A program made the translations under genes and the position numbers. A stretch of 33,862 nt of DNA from Faecalibacterium prausnitzii (lineage in GTDB: Bacteria; Bacillota_I; Bacilli_A; RFN20; CAG-826), in contig CAVDTI010000063.1 in assembly GCA_963611905.1 (NCBI GenBank), positions 5,087 through 38,948 of the forward strand, read 5' to 3'. The notes below the pieces were generated by a model that saw nothing but the letters and a program-made list of their open reading frames with translations, was not told the origin of the DNA and made no database searches. Below are positions 26,123 to 33,830 of this stretch, one piece after another; within the stretch, counting starts at the first letter, position 1; each line of letters begins with the position of its first letter.

Positions 26123-27232
26123 TTATCTCTCCAAAGATTCAAATAAGTCTTTTGCTGCAACGATGGCATCATCCATATCAAAATACTTGTATAAAGCAAG
26201 ACGCCCCAAGAAATAAACGTGTCCATCCAGTTTCTTCGCTTCATCAAGATATTTCTTAGCTAAAGAGTTATTCTTTTCATCATTAACAGTATAGTAAGGA
26301 ATCTTTCCATCAGAATATGAGTCTGGATATTCCTTGCTAATAATCGTGGAATGGTGGTTTTCGCAATATGGGTCAAAATGCTTATGTTCGCTAATTCTTG
26401 TATAACCGACATCTTTTGAAGTGTAATTAACAACTGGATTGGATTGATAATCATCTACATCTAATGTTTCAGTTTCAAAACGAAGAGAACGCCACTCCAA
26501 CTTGCCATAGCAATAATTGAAGAATGAATCCAATTGTCCAGTATAAATAATTGTTTTAGCTAAGGAAGCATATTTTTCCTTATCTTCTAGATAATCGACG
26601 TTGTATCTAATTTCAATGCCTTTAGCAATGTTGTTCGCAAAAACGGAATATCCACCTTTTGGTAAGCCTTGGTAGATATCATTGAAGTAATTGTTGTTAT
26701 ATTCAAAACGCAACGGAAGACGTTTGATAATTGAAGCAGGCAACTCTTTACAATCTCTTCCCCATTGTTTTTCCGTATATTCCTTAATGAGTTTTGTGTA
26801 GACAGTTCTTCCAACCATGCTTAAGGCTTGTTCTTCTAAGTTTTTAGGCTCTTTTATACCTTCTTTTTTGATTTCTTCAGCAATTTTTGCTTTTGCTTCT
26901 TCTGGTGTATTAACTCCCCAAAGTTCATGGAAAGTATTCATGTTAAACGGAAGATGATAACGCTCGCCACGGTAATTGGCGATTGGTGAATTGATAAACG
27001 GATAAACCTCGGAATATTTATTGAAAAAAGACCAAGCAAAATCATCAGAAGTATGGAAAATATGTGGTCCGTAAGTGTGGACGATAATTCCATCTCTCAC
27101 ATCTGTAGCAATATTGCCTCCTAGATGATCTCTTTTTTCAAGAACAAGGACTTTTTTACCTGCATCGGTTAATAATCTAGCGATGGTAAGTCCACTTAAA
27201 CCAGCGCCTACAATTAAATAATCGTAACTCAT
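26123..27232 (-). CDS. glf: UDP-galactopyranose mutase
   Basis: Full-length resemblance to E. coli Glf as recalled: YDYLIVGAGLSG, GPHIFHT, LPFNMNTFH, YTEKQWG, RFEYNNNYF, EHKHF, YYTVND, GRLA.YKY.DM. Confidence 0.9.
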   Translation of the reverse strand: MSYDYLIVGAGLSGLTIARLLTDAGKKVLVLEKRDHLGGNIATDVRDGIIVHTYGPHIFHTSDDFAWSFFNKYSEVYPFINSPIANYRGERYHLPFNMNTFHELWGVNTPEEAKAKIAEEIKKEGIKEPKNLEEQALSMVGRTVYTKLIKEYTEKQWGRDCKELPASIIKRLPLRFEYNNNYFNDIYQGLPKGGYSVFANNIAKGIEIRYNVDYLEDKEKYASLAKTIIYTGQLDSFFNYCYGKLEWRSLRFETETLDVDDYQSNPVVNYTSKDVGYTRISEHKHFDPYCENHHSTIISKEYPDSYSDGKIPYYTVNDEKNNSLAKKYLDEAKKLDGHVYFLGRLALYKYFDMDDAIVAAKDLFESLER

Positions 27233-27461
27233 GAAAATATTTTAGCATTAAGCATTTACCGACAAAAGATAGGTTTAAAAAACATTTTTTAACAATAGTA
27301 AATTAACTACAAATATCTATCTATTTTCCATGTTTTTATATTCCTATTATAGTACTCATTTATATGTATAGATTATATAAGAATATAAAGCTCTAAACCT
27401 TAAGAGAGAAATGACAAAAACATTCGATATTATCGATATTTCTAATAGTAAAAGTAAGCAT

Positions 27462-27497
27462 TATTTTCTTTATAGAAAGGCTGCTAAAATTTATAAT
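27462..27497 (+). promoter_or_regulatory. Candidate promoter for the plus-strand RNA island
   Basis: Two overlapping -10 candidates: TGcTAAAAT (27482-27490, extended -10) and TATAAT (27492-27497). The second has TTTATA 17 nt upstream. The GC-rich segment begins 6-10 nt downstream. Confidence 0.45.
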
Positions 27498-27581
27498 TTT
27501 AAGGTGCCTAAACTTTGTTCTTTGGGCACACGGGAAACTTTGACCCCCTAGAGCCTAGCGCTCTTAAGGAGGTTAAGCGAT

Positions 27582-27656
27582 ATGCTGAAAAAGTATGTTA
27601 AAAAAGCCGCCATAATCATACTTATAACGGCTTTTGCTCTTGCATTGGTCGAATAG
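27582..27656 (+). CDS. Possible 24-aa hydrophobic small protein (MLKKYVKKAAIIILITAFALALVE)
   Basis: Consensus SD AAGGAGG (27566-27572) lies 9 nt upstream of the ATG. The peptide has a Lys-rich N-terminus followed by one TM-length hydrophobic stretch. It lies inside the GC-rich RNA island, so it could be fortuitous. Confidence 0.3.
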   Translation: MLKKYVKKAAIIILITAFALALVE

Positions 27657-28058
27657 TCTGATGCAAAGTGGCCCGGGCTTCCCGCCTACTATCCGATTTA
27701 TAAGGCGCGATCAACAAAGGGTCAAGCCAGGAAGGAGGAAGCCAATAGACCGGCGGAAAATGCGAAATAAAAGCGCCTAACCCCTACTATAAAAGAGTGG
27801 CGCAAGATTAAGAGAGGCTTTCTATAGTGGCTGAGAGGGCAAAAGAAGCCCTAAACATCGCCATTAAGATTGCAGCCTTAAATAACAGCGATATTAGAGC
27901 TCATCAAAGCAACTAAAGAGCAACACAAAGGACCGGATAGCATCAATGGGCGAGCGCCCCCGACCCTTAAGAGGCCATTTTACAAGATCCGCAAATAAGA
28001 AAAGCCTAAATAACAAGAAATCGCACGTAAAACTCAATTATTTTTACTACTTAAAATA

Positions 28059-28086
28059 CCCAGCCACCGTGGCTGGGCATCTTTTG
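28059..28086. terminator. Bidirectional terminator (S41 peptidase gene on the minus strand; candidate ncRNA on the plus strand)
   Basis: CCCAGCC-ACCGT-GGCTGGG with TTTTGTT downstream on the plus strand and TATTTT downstream on the minus strand. Confidence 0.75.
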
Positions 28087-28096
28087 TTATGCAGTC

Positions 28097-29911
28097 TTAT
28101 TTGCTTTCAACGAAAGCTGCAAGAGACTTATTATCGTAGAAATATGCGCGTTCTAGAGTATAGTCTGGTTGAATGCCATCATCATTATCTTTAAATGATC
28201 CGTCGGCTTGTTTTGTGGATAAACGAGCAATGCCAGATATTTGACATGCAACACCATCGGCAGTCGTTGTAGAACGAACAACACACGCTCCGCCACCGCT
28301 CTTTTCACCAATGATTTTAGCAAGGTTGTTTTCCTTACAAACAGTTGGGAATAAATTTGCACAAGAGAATGAGTAATTAGATGTTAGAACATAGAATTTG
28401 TAATTTGACTTAACATCTTTTGTATCGAATTTTCCATCAAGGTTCGTATCGACAGAATAATGAAGTGTTGTCTTACTTCCAGTAAGTGGGCAATAAGAAT
28501 TAATCTTTACATCGTTTGTTAAGAAACCAAGTAAAGCAATACATGCATCGGCAGCTCCACCACCATTAAGCGATAAGTCGATAACAACGTTTTCGATTGT
28601 ATCGATGCTTTCGATCTTTTTCATATAAGTATAGAACATAGCAAACGAATCTAATGAAGCATAGGTAGAAATAGTTGATGGGCTAAAGTCGCTCATGTAA
28701 TTAGAAACGAACGAATCAAAACGAATGATTGCTGTTTTGTTATAAGTGCTAAAAGCGGAAATTGTATCTCCAAGATGTGTTTTACGAATTGTGGATAATT
28801 CCGTGGCATTTCTAGAAAGAGATAAAAGTCTATCCGAATATGCGCTCGAATCAATATTGTTATTTCCATCTCCAAAGACAGAGGAGAAAGGTCTTACACC
28901 AGTATGTCCGTCACCCAAAACTCCAAATAACAATTCATTAAGCGCAGCTTGATAAGTATCATTATCAGAAGATTTTAGATTTTTCTTTAATGATGGGTGC
29001 GCCTTGCTTACTGCAGAACTACTTAGATATGCATCTAATGGGGCAATGTTCTTATCAGCAAAGCCATAGAGATAATCGATTTTGAAACAAAGGGAATTGT
29101 AATTAAAAAGCGAATAATCCGCACTTCTTCCTTTTTTACTCAAAGAACCGTGATAGAAATCATATCCATATGTGGAAAATGTGTCTTTGGTGCCTGGCTT
29201 AAGGAACATATCAGAGTTGATAACATAGAAATCATCTCCATTGTAAGCAAAAGGCAATCCTAAATTTTCAAGAAAAATATCTGAAGCAACGGCAAAAGGA
29301 ATATAAACATCTTTATCGTAACCGATAACATCAAGAGAGTGACTCTTAAGATCAAAAGATGTTGTTTTTCCTGCGGTATATTCTGTAGGATTTGTCTCAC
29401 TATATTTGAGATAACTCATCTTTCCTCTTGCGGCACTTTCTGCAAGCGTAGAAATGCCATTTATCTGGTTATAATTTATAACCATTGTCGTATATTTATC
29501 ATAATCTTCAAAAGTAATGGTATCGTTAACCGAGTCAATAGTCATAGGATAAGTAACCTTACTTGAAGTAACGATGTTATAGGTATAGACATCGTTTTTA
29601 ACGTTTACGCTTACGGTTGAATTTTCTGGCCCTAGAATGGTCGTAAGAGAATTCATGCTTACATAAGGAACATCACCAATCGTACGATAATCCAACTTAT
29701 ATCCTGCAGCAATTTCACCACCGATAACATCGTTATTCATCGCTAATCCATACATAAGCCTTCCTTGCTTAATGCTAGATAGATCGCTTGCTTGTTTATC
29801 TGAATGAGAGGTAGTTTGGCTACTTCCGATAATGTCATATATATTTAAGTTGCAGCCTGCTAATAAACAAGAACCTAGCAAAGGGAACAACAATGCAAAT
29901 TTCTTTTTCAT
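28097..29911 (-). CDS. Lipoprotein with a C-terminal S41-like peptidase domain
   Basis: Start trimmed to MKKKFALLF (GGAGG 7 nt upstream). Lipobox LLAGC. The C-terminal strings VIDLSLNGGGAADA, SNYSFSCANLF and GEKSGGGA resemble the S41 DxRxNxGG, Ser and GxxxxG motifs, but the Lys motif is atypical. Confidence 0.55.
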   Translation of the reverse strand: MKKKFALLFPLLGSCLLAGCNLNIYDIIGSSQTTSHSDKQASDLSSIKQGRLMYGLAMNNDVIGGEIAAGYKLDYRTIGDVPYVSMNSLTTILGPENSTVSVNVKNDVYTYNIVTSSKVTYPMTIDSVNDTITFEDYDKYTTMVINYNQINGISTLAESAARGKMSYLKYSETNPTEYTAGKTTSFDLKSHSLDVIGYDKDVYIPFAVASDIFLENLGLPFAYNGDDFYVINSDMFLKPGTKDTFSTYGYDFYHGSLSKKGRSADYSLFNYNSLCFKIDYLYGFADKNIAPLDAYLSSSAVSKAHPSLKKNLKSSDNDTYQAALNELLFGVLGDGHTGVRPFSSVFGDGNNNIDSSAYSDRLLSLSRNATELSTIRKTHLGDTISAFSTYNKTAIIRFDSFVSNYMSDFSPSTISTYASLDSFAMFYTYMKKIESIDTIENVVIDLSLNGGGAADACIALLGFLTNDVKINSYCPLTGSKTTLHYSVDTNLDGKFDTKDVKSNYKFYVLTSNYSFSCANLFPTVCKENNLAKIIGEKSGGGACVVRSTTTADGVACQISGIARLSTKQADGSFKDNDDGIQPDYTLERAYFYDNKSLAAFVESK

Positions 29912-29988
29912 CTTTTTTCCTCCATAATTCGTTAAATTATGAGTTTCCATTAAACAAATTACAACTTTATTTTTATTTCTAATAAAAA

Positions 29989-30399
29989 CTAAATCTTATT
30001 TTTCTTTTTCTGATAATAGTAATTAAGAATAGACTTTCTTGGCACAATGCCAATGAACATATTTCTGTCATCAACTAAAGGAATGAAGTTTTGTTCCATC
30101 AATAACGTGACTATTTCCTCAAAGTCTGCGTCTATTCGTAACGCCTTATAAGATCGGTATCTAGGGATGCTAGTTACTTTGACGTTCTCCCCTTTCTTAA
30201 GATCTAAATCGCACTGATTTTTGATATAAGAAAGAAGATCTCCTTCTGCTATAGTGCCGAGATATTTGCCGTTTTTATCTAGCAAAGGCACGACGCTATA
30301 TTTATAAAAATCCATTCTTTCTAAAGTTTGCCTTAATGACGCATCATCTTCTACAAACTTAGTCTTTGTCTTTGGTATCAAAAACGCCAAAATATTCAT
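29989..30399 (-). CDS. CBS domain pair protein
   Basis: 136 aa with two CBS-like repeats (VVPLLDKNGKYLGTIAEGDLL and IPLVDDRNMFIGIVPRKSIL). Confidence 0.7.
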   Translation of the reverse strand: MNILAFLIPKTKTKFVEDDASLRQTLERMDFYKYSVVPLLDKNGKYLGTIAEGDLLSYIKNQCDLDLKKGENVKVTSIPRYRSYKALRIDADFEEIVTLLMEQNFIPLVDDRNMFIGIVPRKSILNYYYQKKKNKI

Positions 30400-30467
30400 C
30401 TATCTCCTACCTCCTAAAACATAATAATTTTATCAGTTTTAAGATAGTTTATGGTGTGGAAAAATAC

Positions 30468-31166
30468 CTAGGCTTTGTAGGCGTTTTTTCTATTTTTAGA
30501 AATTTGATGTCTTGAAACGAAGGAGAAAATAACCGGTGCTAGAGGGGCAATCTGGCTTAATGTTTCTAAAACTGATAGATATCCTTCATAAGGAAGATAA
30601 TCTTGAGCGATTGAGCAAGGAATAGAAAGGCCAATGCAAACGATTCCAAAAATCATGAGAATGTTCCAAGTTTTACCTTTCTTTGGGAAGAAAACTGTAA
30701 TTAAGAAAAAGAAAAGGGAGAGGCCTAAAAAAGAGAACTCAAGAAAATAGAAAATATTATATAGATTTAATGACTCATGAAGTTTCTGAGGCAAGGCAAT
30801 AAGTTCAGGAGTAATCAAGGCTCCACCTACAACCAACCATGCAAATAGATAAAGAGTAGATATTGCTTGTATGCCAACGTGTTCTTTTTCTTTGGCCATA
30901 TCTGCTACTCCATCAACAAAAGCGATAAGAATCAAAGCAAATATCAATTCGATGCCTTCATAAGCGATAGAATCATTTAATTCATCGATTCTCTCAGCGC
31001 TAGCTCCGGCCTTTTCTAAGGAGTAGATAATAATGAAGGTCACACCAAAAACGATGTGTAAAATATCAAAAATTGTAAAGCCTAGAAAGTTATAGTCTCT
31101 TCCAGGATGAATTATCTTTTTACCTTCTAAATCCTCAATAATCTTTTCTTCTTTGCTTTCTTTCAT
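30468..31166 (-). CDS. Hypothetical integral membrane protein
   Basis: 232-aa ORF with about 6 hydrophobic helices. No family recognised. Confidence 0.55.
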   Translation of the reverse strand: MKESKEEKIIEDLEGKKIIHPGRDYNFLGFTIFDILHIVFGVTFIIIYSLEKAGASAERIDELNDSIAYEGIELIFALILIAFVDGVADMAKEKEHVGIQAISTLYLFAWLVVGGALITPELIALPQKLHESLNLYNIFYFLEFSFLGLSLFFFLITVFFPKKGKTWNILMIFGIVCIGLSIPCSIAQDYLPYEGYLSVLETLSQIAPLAPVIFSFVSRHQISKNRKNAYKA

Positions 31167-31192
31167 ACAAATATATCTTAACTCTTTTTTGA

Positions 31193-31957
31193 TTAAAAAT
31201 GTTCTTGAGGTCTTTGAAAAATAGGATAAGCAGCTAAATCGTCAACTTTATTAAACTTCCTTGTTGCAAAATAAATAGGGTAGAAGAAAAGCACGATCAT
31301 AATTACGGTTACCGCAGAAGTAAAGAGTGCGGCAGGTAATTTTAATAGAGATGATGCAAGAGCCGCTTCATAAGTCGTACCAATTGCCATAGAGAAAAGG
31401 ATTCGTAAAAAGAATTCGCCAACAACATTTGCAGCAAGAGAAAGGGTTAACGAAAAAAGCAATGGCTTATTTGATTCTGGAAGCCAGAAAGAAACTATCG
31501 CACAAACTAATAGAATGCCAATAAGCACTGACAAGCCAATTACCGTTGTAAGAGTGAATTTGGAATTTGGAATAAAATACATGTAAAGCGAATAGGAGAA
31601 GAATGCTAATAGAAGCAACAACGATGAAATCATAAGAATCCAACCATTCGCCTTTTTCTTCAAACAAACCCTAAATAAGAATCCGGAGAGAAAACCCATA
31701 ATAAATTTCAAAATGAATGTACGTAGAAACGTTGTCCAAGCATAACCGAGCATGATGTCATTAAGACCCATTCCGATTGATCCAGCAAGTCCGCCAATAA
31801 GTGGACCACACAAAAGACCGCAAAGAACGCAAACAAAATTGCCTAAGTGAACCTTACTTCCACCTAAAGGAATAGAAATGAAAGTCGCACCAAAACACAA
31901 AGCAATGAATATTGCTGTGTATACCATTTTTATTAATAACGTTCTTTCTTTGCCCAT
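31193..31957 (-). CDS. Membrane protein resembling an ECF-transporter S (substrate-capture) component
   Basis: IALCFGATFISIPLGGSKVHLGNFVCVLCGLLCGPLIGGLAGSIGMGLNDI matches the general ECF S-component N-terminal pattern. Six or more TM helices. Substrate unknown. Confidence 0.45.
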   Translation of the reverse strand: MGKERTLLIKMVYTAIFIALCFGATFISIPLGGSKVHLGNFVCVLCGLLCGPLIGGLAGSIGMGLNDIMLGYAWTTFLRTFILKFIMGFLSGFLFRVCLKKKANGWILMISSLLLLLAFFSYSLYMYFIPNSKFTLTTVIGLSVLIGILLVCAIVSFWLPESNKPLLFSLTLSLAANVVGEFFLRILFSMAIGTTYEAALASSLLKLPAALFTSAVTVIMIVLFFYPIYFATRKFNKVDDLAAYPIFQRPQEHF

Positions 31958-31985
31958 AAATAATCAACCTCTTAAGCAATTCAAT

Positions 31986-32014
31986 ATCATAGTCAAATTA
32001 TGCTTGCTTAGCAA
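31986..32014 (-). promoter_or_regulatory. Candidate promoter for the ECF-S-like gene (TTGCTA-N17-TATGAT)
   Basis: Read on the minus strand. It leaves a leader of only about 20 nt with RBS AAGAGG, so there is no room for a riboswitch. Confidence 0.4.
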
Positions 32015-32099
32015 AAATTGTGATTTGTTTTTACAAATAATAACTAGCCGAGCGATGAAACTTCCTATAATATGTAACGGGCGAGTAACCATTAAGTAA

Positions 32100-33827
32100 A
32101 TGACAAGTAACATAATATTACAGGCAACAGCTTCTTCCGTCTTAATTCCAATTTTGCTTATGTTGGGAGGACTTGGTGCCCTTTTTGTTGGCATGAATAT
32201 GCTACAAGCTTCCACTGAAAAACTAGCAACCAGTGGTTTAAAACGTCTTTTTGCAAAAACAGCAAAATCGAAATTGGCAGGCGTTGGAATTGGAACATTG
32301 GTAACAATGATCATGCAGTCTAGTGGAGCAACAACAATCATGGTTGTTGGTTTTGTTAACGCCGGAGTCATGAGTTTGGCTCAAGCTGCAACCTACATCA
32401 TGGGCGCAAACATTGGAACAACAATTACCGCTCAGATTGTCGCACTCGGTGGATTATCTTCCTCAGCCTTCCCATTAACTGAAATAATTATTTCTCTCAC
32501 ACTTATTGGTGTAATTCTTCGTTTGGTATTCCATAAGAAATTCCCTAAAGTAGCATTTGCTGGCGATATGATCACTGGTTTAGGTCTTCTTTTCTTAGGT
32601 TTAGAGACAATGACCTCCAATATGCAATCGCTTTTCTTATCTAACGAAGGATTGAAAGATGCCCTTGTTTCTTTGTCGAATCCATTCCTTCTCTTATTAA
32701 TAGGTATTGTTCTTACTGCTCTTGCTCAATCTTCAAGTGCTGTTACTTCTATCGTTTTAGCTCTTGCTATGGCTGGTGCGGTCATTGGTGGAAGTGGAAA
32801 CGGCGTTCTCTATTTGATCCTAGGTTCAAACATTGGTTCATGCACCACTGCTCTTCTTTCCGCGATTGGTTCAACAGCAAACGGCAAAAGAGCATCAATC
32901 ATTCACTTATTGTTTAATGTTTTCGGCTCTTTGATATTCTTTATCATCCTTATTTGTTGGCCAAGTGCGATGGAAATGACGTTTGCAAAATGGTTCCCAA
33001 ATTCACCTGCGACGCAAATAGCTATGTTCCATACTTTCTTTAATGTATTTACAACAATTTTGTTTTTACCATTAACAAAAGGATTAGTCTTCTTGGCAGA
33101 AAAGATCATTCCTGATAAAGGCAAAGACAGTGAAAGCGATCTTCTTGACGCAAGATTTCTTTCCACCCCAGAACTGGCTTTAACTCAAGCCGTTTCTTAT
33201 TATCACATCATGGCTAATTTAGCTTTGAAAGATTTAAATGTCGCATTAAACGCCTTCTTAGACAAAAACGAAGGAAAGAAAAATGAAATAGATGAACTCG
33301 AAAGCAAGGTTCTTCATATGTCGAAAGAATTATCCTCTTTCATTGTTCAAATAGCCTCCAAGGGTGTAAGTGAGGCCTCTCAAAAGAGAATATCTAGAAT
33401 GCAGCTAGATATAGCGGATATTGTCCGTTTTACTGAGGTTGCAGACAACATCACCGGTTACACTCATCACGAAGTAAATGAAGATTTAACATTCTCTCCT
33501 ATCGTTGTTTCTGATTTAAAGGACATGCAGACTCAAATAAACGATATGTTTGGAACTGTTGATAAGATTGTTGATCAGCCATCCATAGAACAATTAGAAG
33601 TCGCTAGAAATATGGAAGATGGAATTGATAATAAGCGTACCTCTATGGTTCATGGCCATCTTAAACGTCTTGAAAAAGGCGAATGCAAACCACAAAGTTC
33701 TAACGTGTTTATTAACTTAGTTGGCAACCTTGAACGTTGTGGCGACCACCTTAACTTTATTGCAGAACGTTCTTGTAACGATCTTCTTCCTAAAAACGAA
33801 GAAAATAATATTACATTGCATCCATAA
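32100..33827 (+). CDS. Na+/phosphate cotransporter family protein with a C-terminal PhoU-like domain
   Basis: Two Na/Pi-cotransporter repeats (GANIGTTITAQ and GSNIGSCTTALL), plus a helical C-terminal region ending in ERCGDHLNFIAE, as in PhoU-type domains. Confidence 0.8.
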   Translation: MTSNIILQATASSVLIPILLMLGGLGALFVGMNMLQASTEKLATSGLKRLFAKTAKSKLAGVGIGTLVTMIMQSSGATTIMVVGFVNAGVMSLAQAATYIMGANIGTTITAQIVALGGLSSSAFPLTEIIISLTLIGVILRLVFHKKFPKVAFAGDMITGLGLLFLGLETMTSNMQSLFLSNEGLKDALVSLSNPFLLLLIGIVLTALAQSSSAVTSIVLALAMAGAVIGGSGNGVLYLILGSNIGSCTTALLSAIGSTANGKRASIIHLLFNVFGSLIFFIILICWPSAMEMTFAKWFPNSPATQIAMFHTFFNVFTTILFLPLTKGLVFLAEKIIPDKGKDSESDLLDARFLSTPELALTQAVSYYHIMANLALKDLNVALNAFLDKNEGKKNEIDELESKVLHMSKELSSFIVQIASKGVSEASQKRISRMQLDIADIVRFTEVADNITGYTHHEVNEDLTFSPIVVSDLKDMQTQINDMFGTVDKIVDQPSIEQLEVARNMEDGIDNKRTSMVHGHLKRLEKGECKPQSSNVFINLVGNLERCGDHLNFIAERSCNDLLPKNEENNITLHP

Positions 33828-33830
33828 TAA

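Larger units (their letters stand above)
27504..28086 (+). ncRNA. Candidate large structured ncRNA, family not identified (about 580 nt; size is in the range of ornate large RNAs such as ROOL)
   Basis: Hand-counted G+C is about 46% over 27501-28000, against about 23% in 27241-27300. Only very short ORFs are present. It is antisense to both neighbouring genes and is bounded by promoter-like and terminator elements. Hairpins: 27504-09/27524-29, 27602-09/27628-35, 27703-08/27773-78, 27796-802/27859-65, 27836-40/27848-52. Their G-U pairs are valid only on the plus strand, and the loops are A-rich. Confidence 0.5.

Noticed and set aside
27719-27745. The string GGUCAAGCCAGGAAGGAGGAAGCCA resembles the SRP RNA helix-8 core (E. 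coli 4.5S GGUCAGGUCCGGAAGGAAGCAGCCA, about 19 of 25 identical by eye).
   Set aside because: The flanking strands cannot form the long irregular hairpin that defines SRP RNA. The GGAA would not be closed by a proper stem, and the internal loops would be 3 nt against 12 nt. This is probably a purine-rich coincidence.
27680-27757. Cobalamin-riboswitch-like strings: CCCGCCUACUAU (compare CCCGCCACUGU) and AAGCCAAUAGACCGGCGG (compare the B12 box AAGCCCGAAGACCUGCCGG of btuB).
   Set aside because: No GGGAA...GGUG.AA.CC core lies at the expected roughly 30-nt distance upstream. There is no downstream gene on the plus strand before the terminator. The match relies on memory of consensus strings. It is still worth a cmscan.
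27661-27780. 39-codon Arg-rich ORF (MQSGPGFPPTIRFIRRDQQRVKPGRRKPIDRRKMRNKSA), and a 29-codon GTG ORF at 27827..27916.
   Set aside because: The first has no convincing SD, and the second has only a weak GAGG. ORFs of this length are expected by chance in 46% GC sequence. They are kept only as items to test with ribosome profiling.
27829-27865. A GGCUGAGA string reminiscent of the TPP riboswitch CUGAGA motif.
   Set aside because: The partner element (ACCUGAUCUGGAUAAUGCCAGCG-like) is absent, and there is no regulated gene.
27500-28000. RNase P RNA, tmRNA or 6S RNA as the identity of the GC-rich island.
   Set aside because: On neither strand is there a GAGGAAAGUCC / ACAGAA..GGCUUA P4 pair, a tRNA-like GGUUCGA..UCC..CCA 3' end or tag ORF, or a 6S-type long hairpin.
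27946-28194. 82-aa plus-strand ORF (MGERPRPLRGHF...).
   Set aside because: It has no RBS, reads through the bidirectional terminator, runs antisense into the 3' end of the S41 lipoprotein gene, and has an implausible composition.
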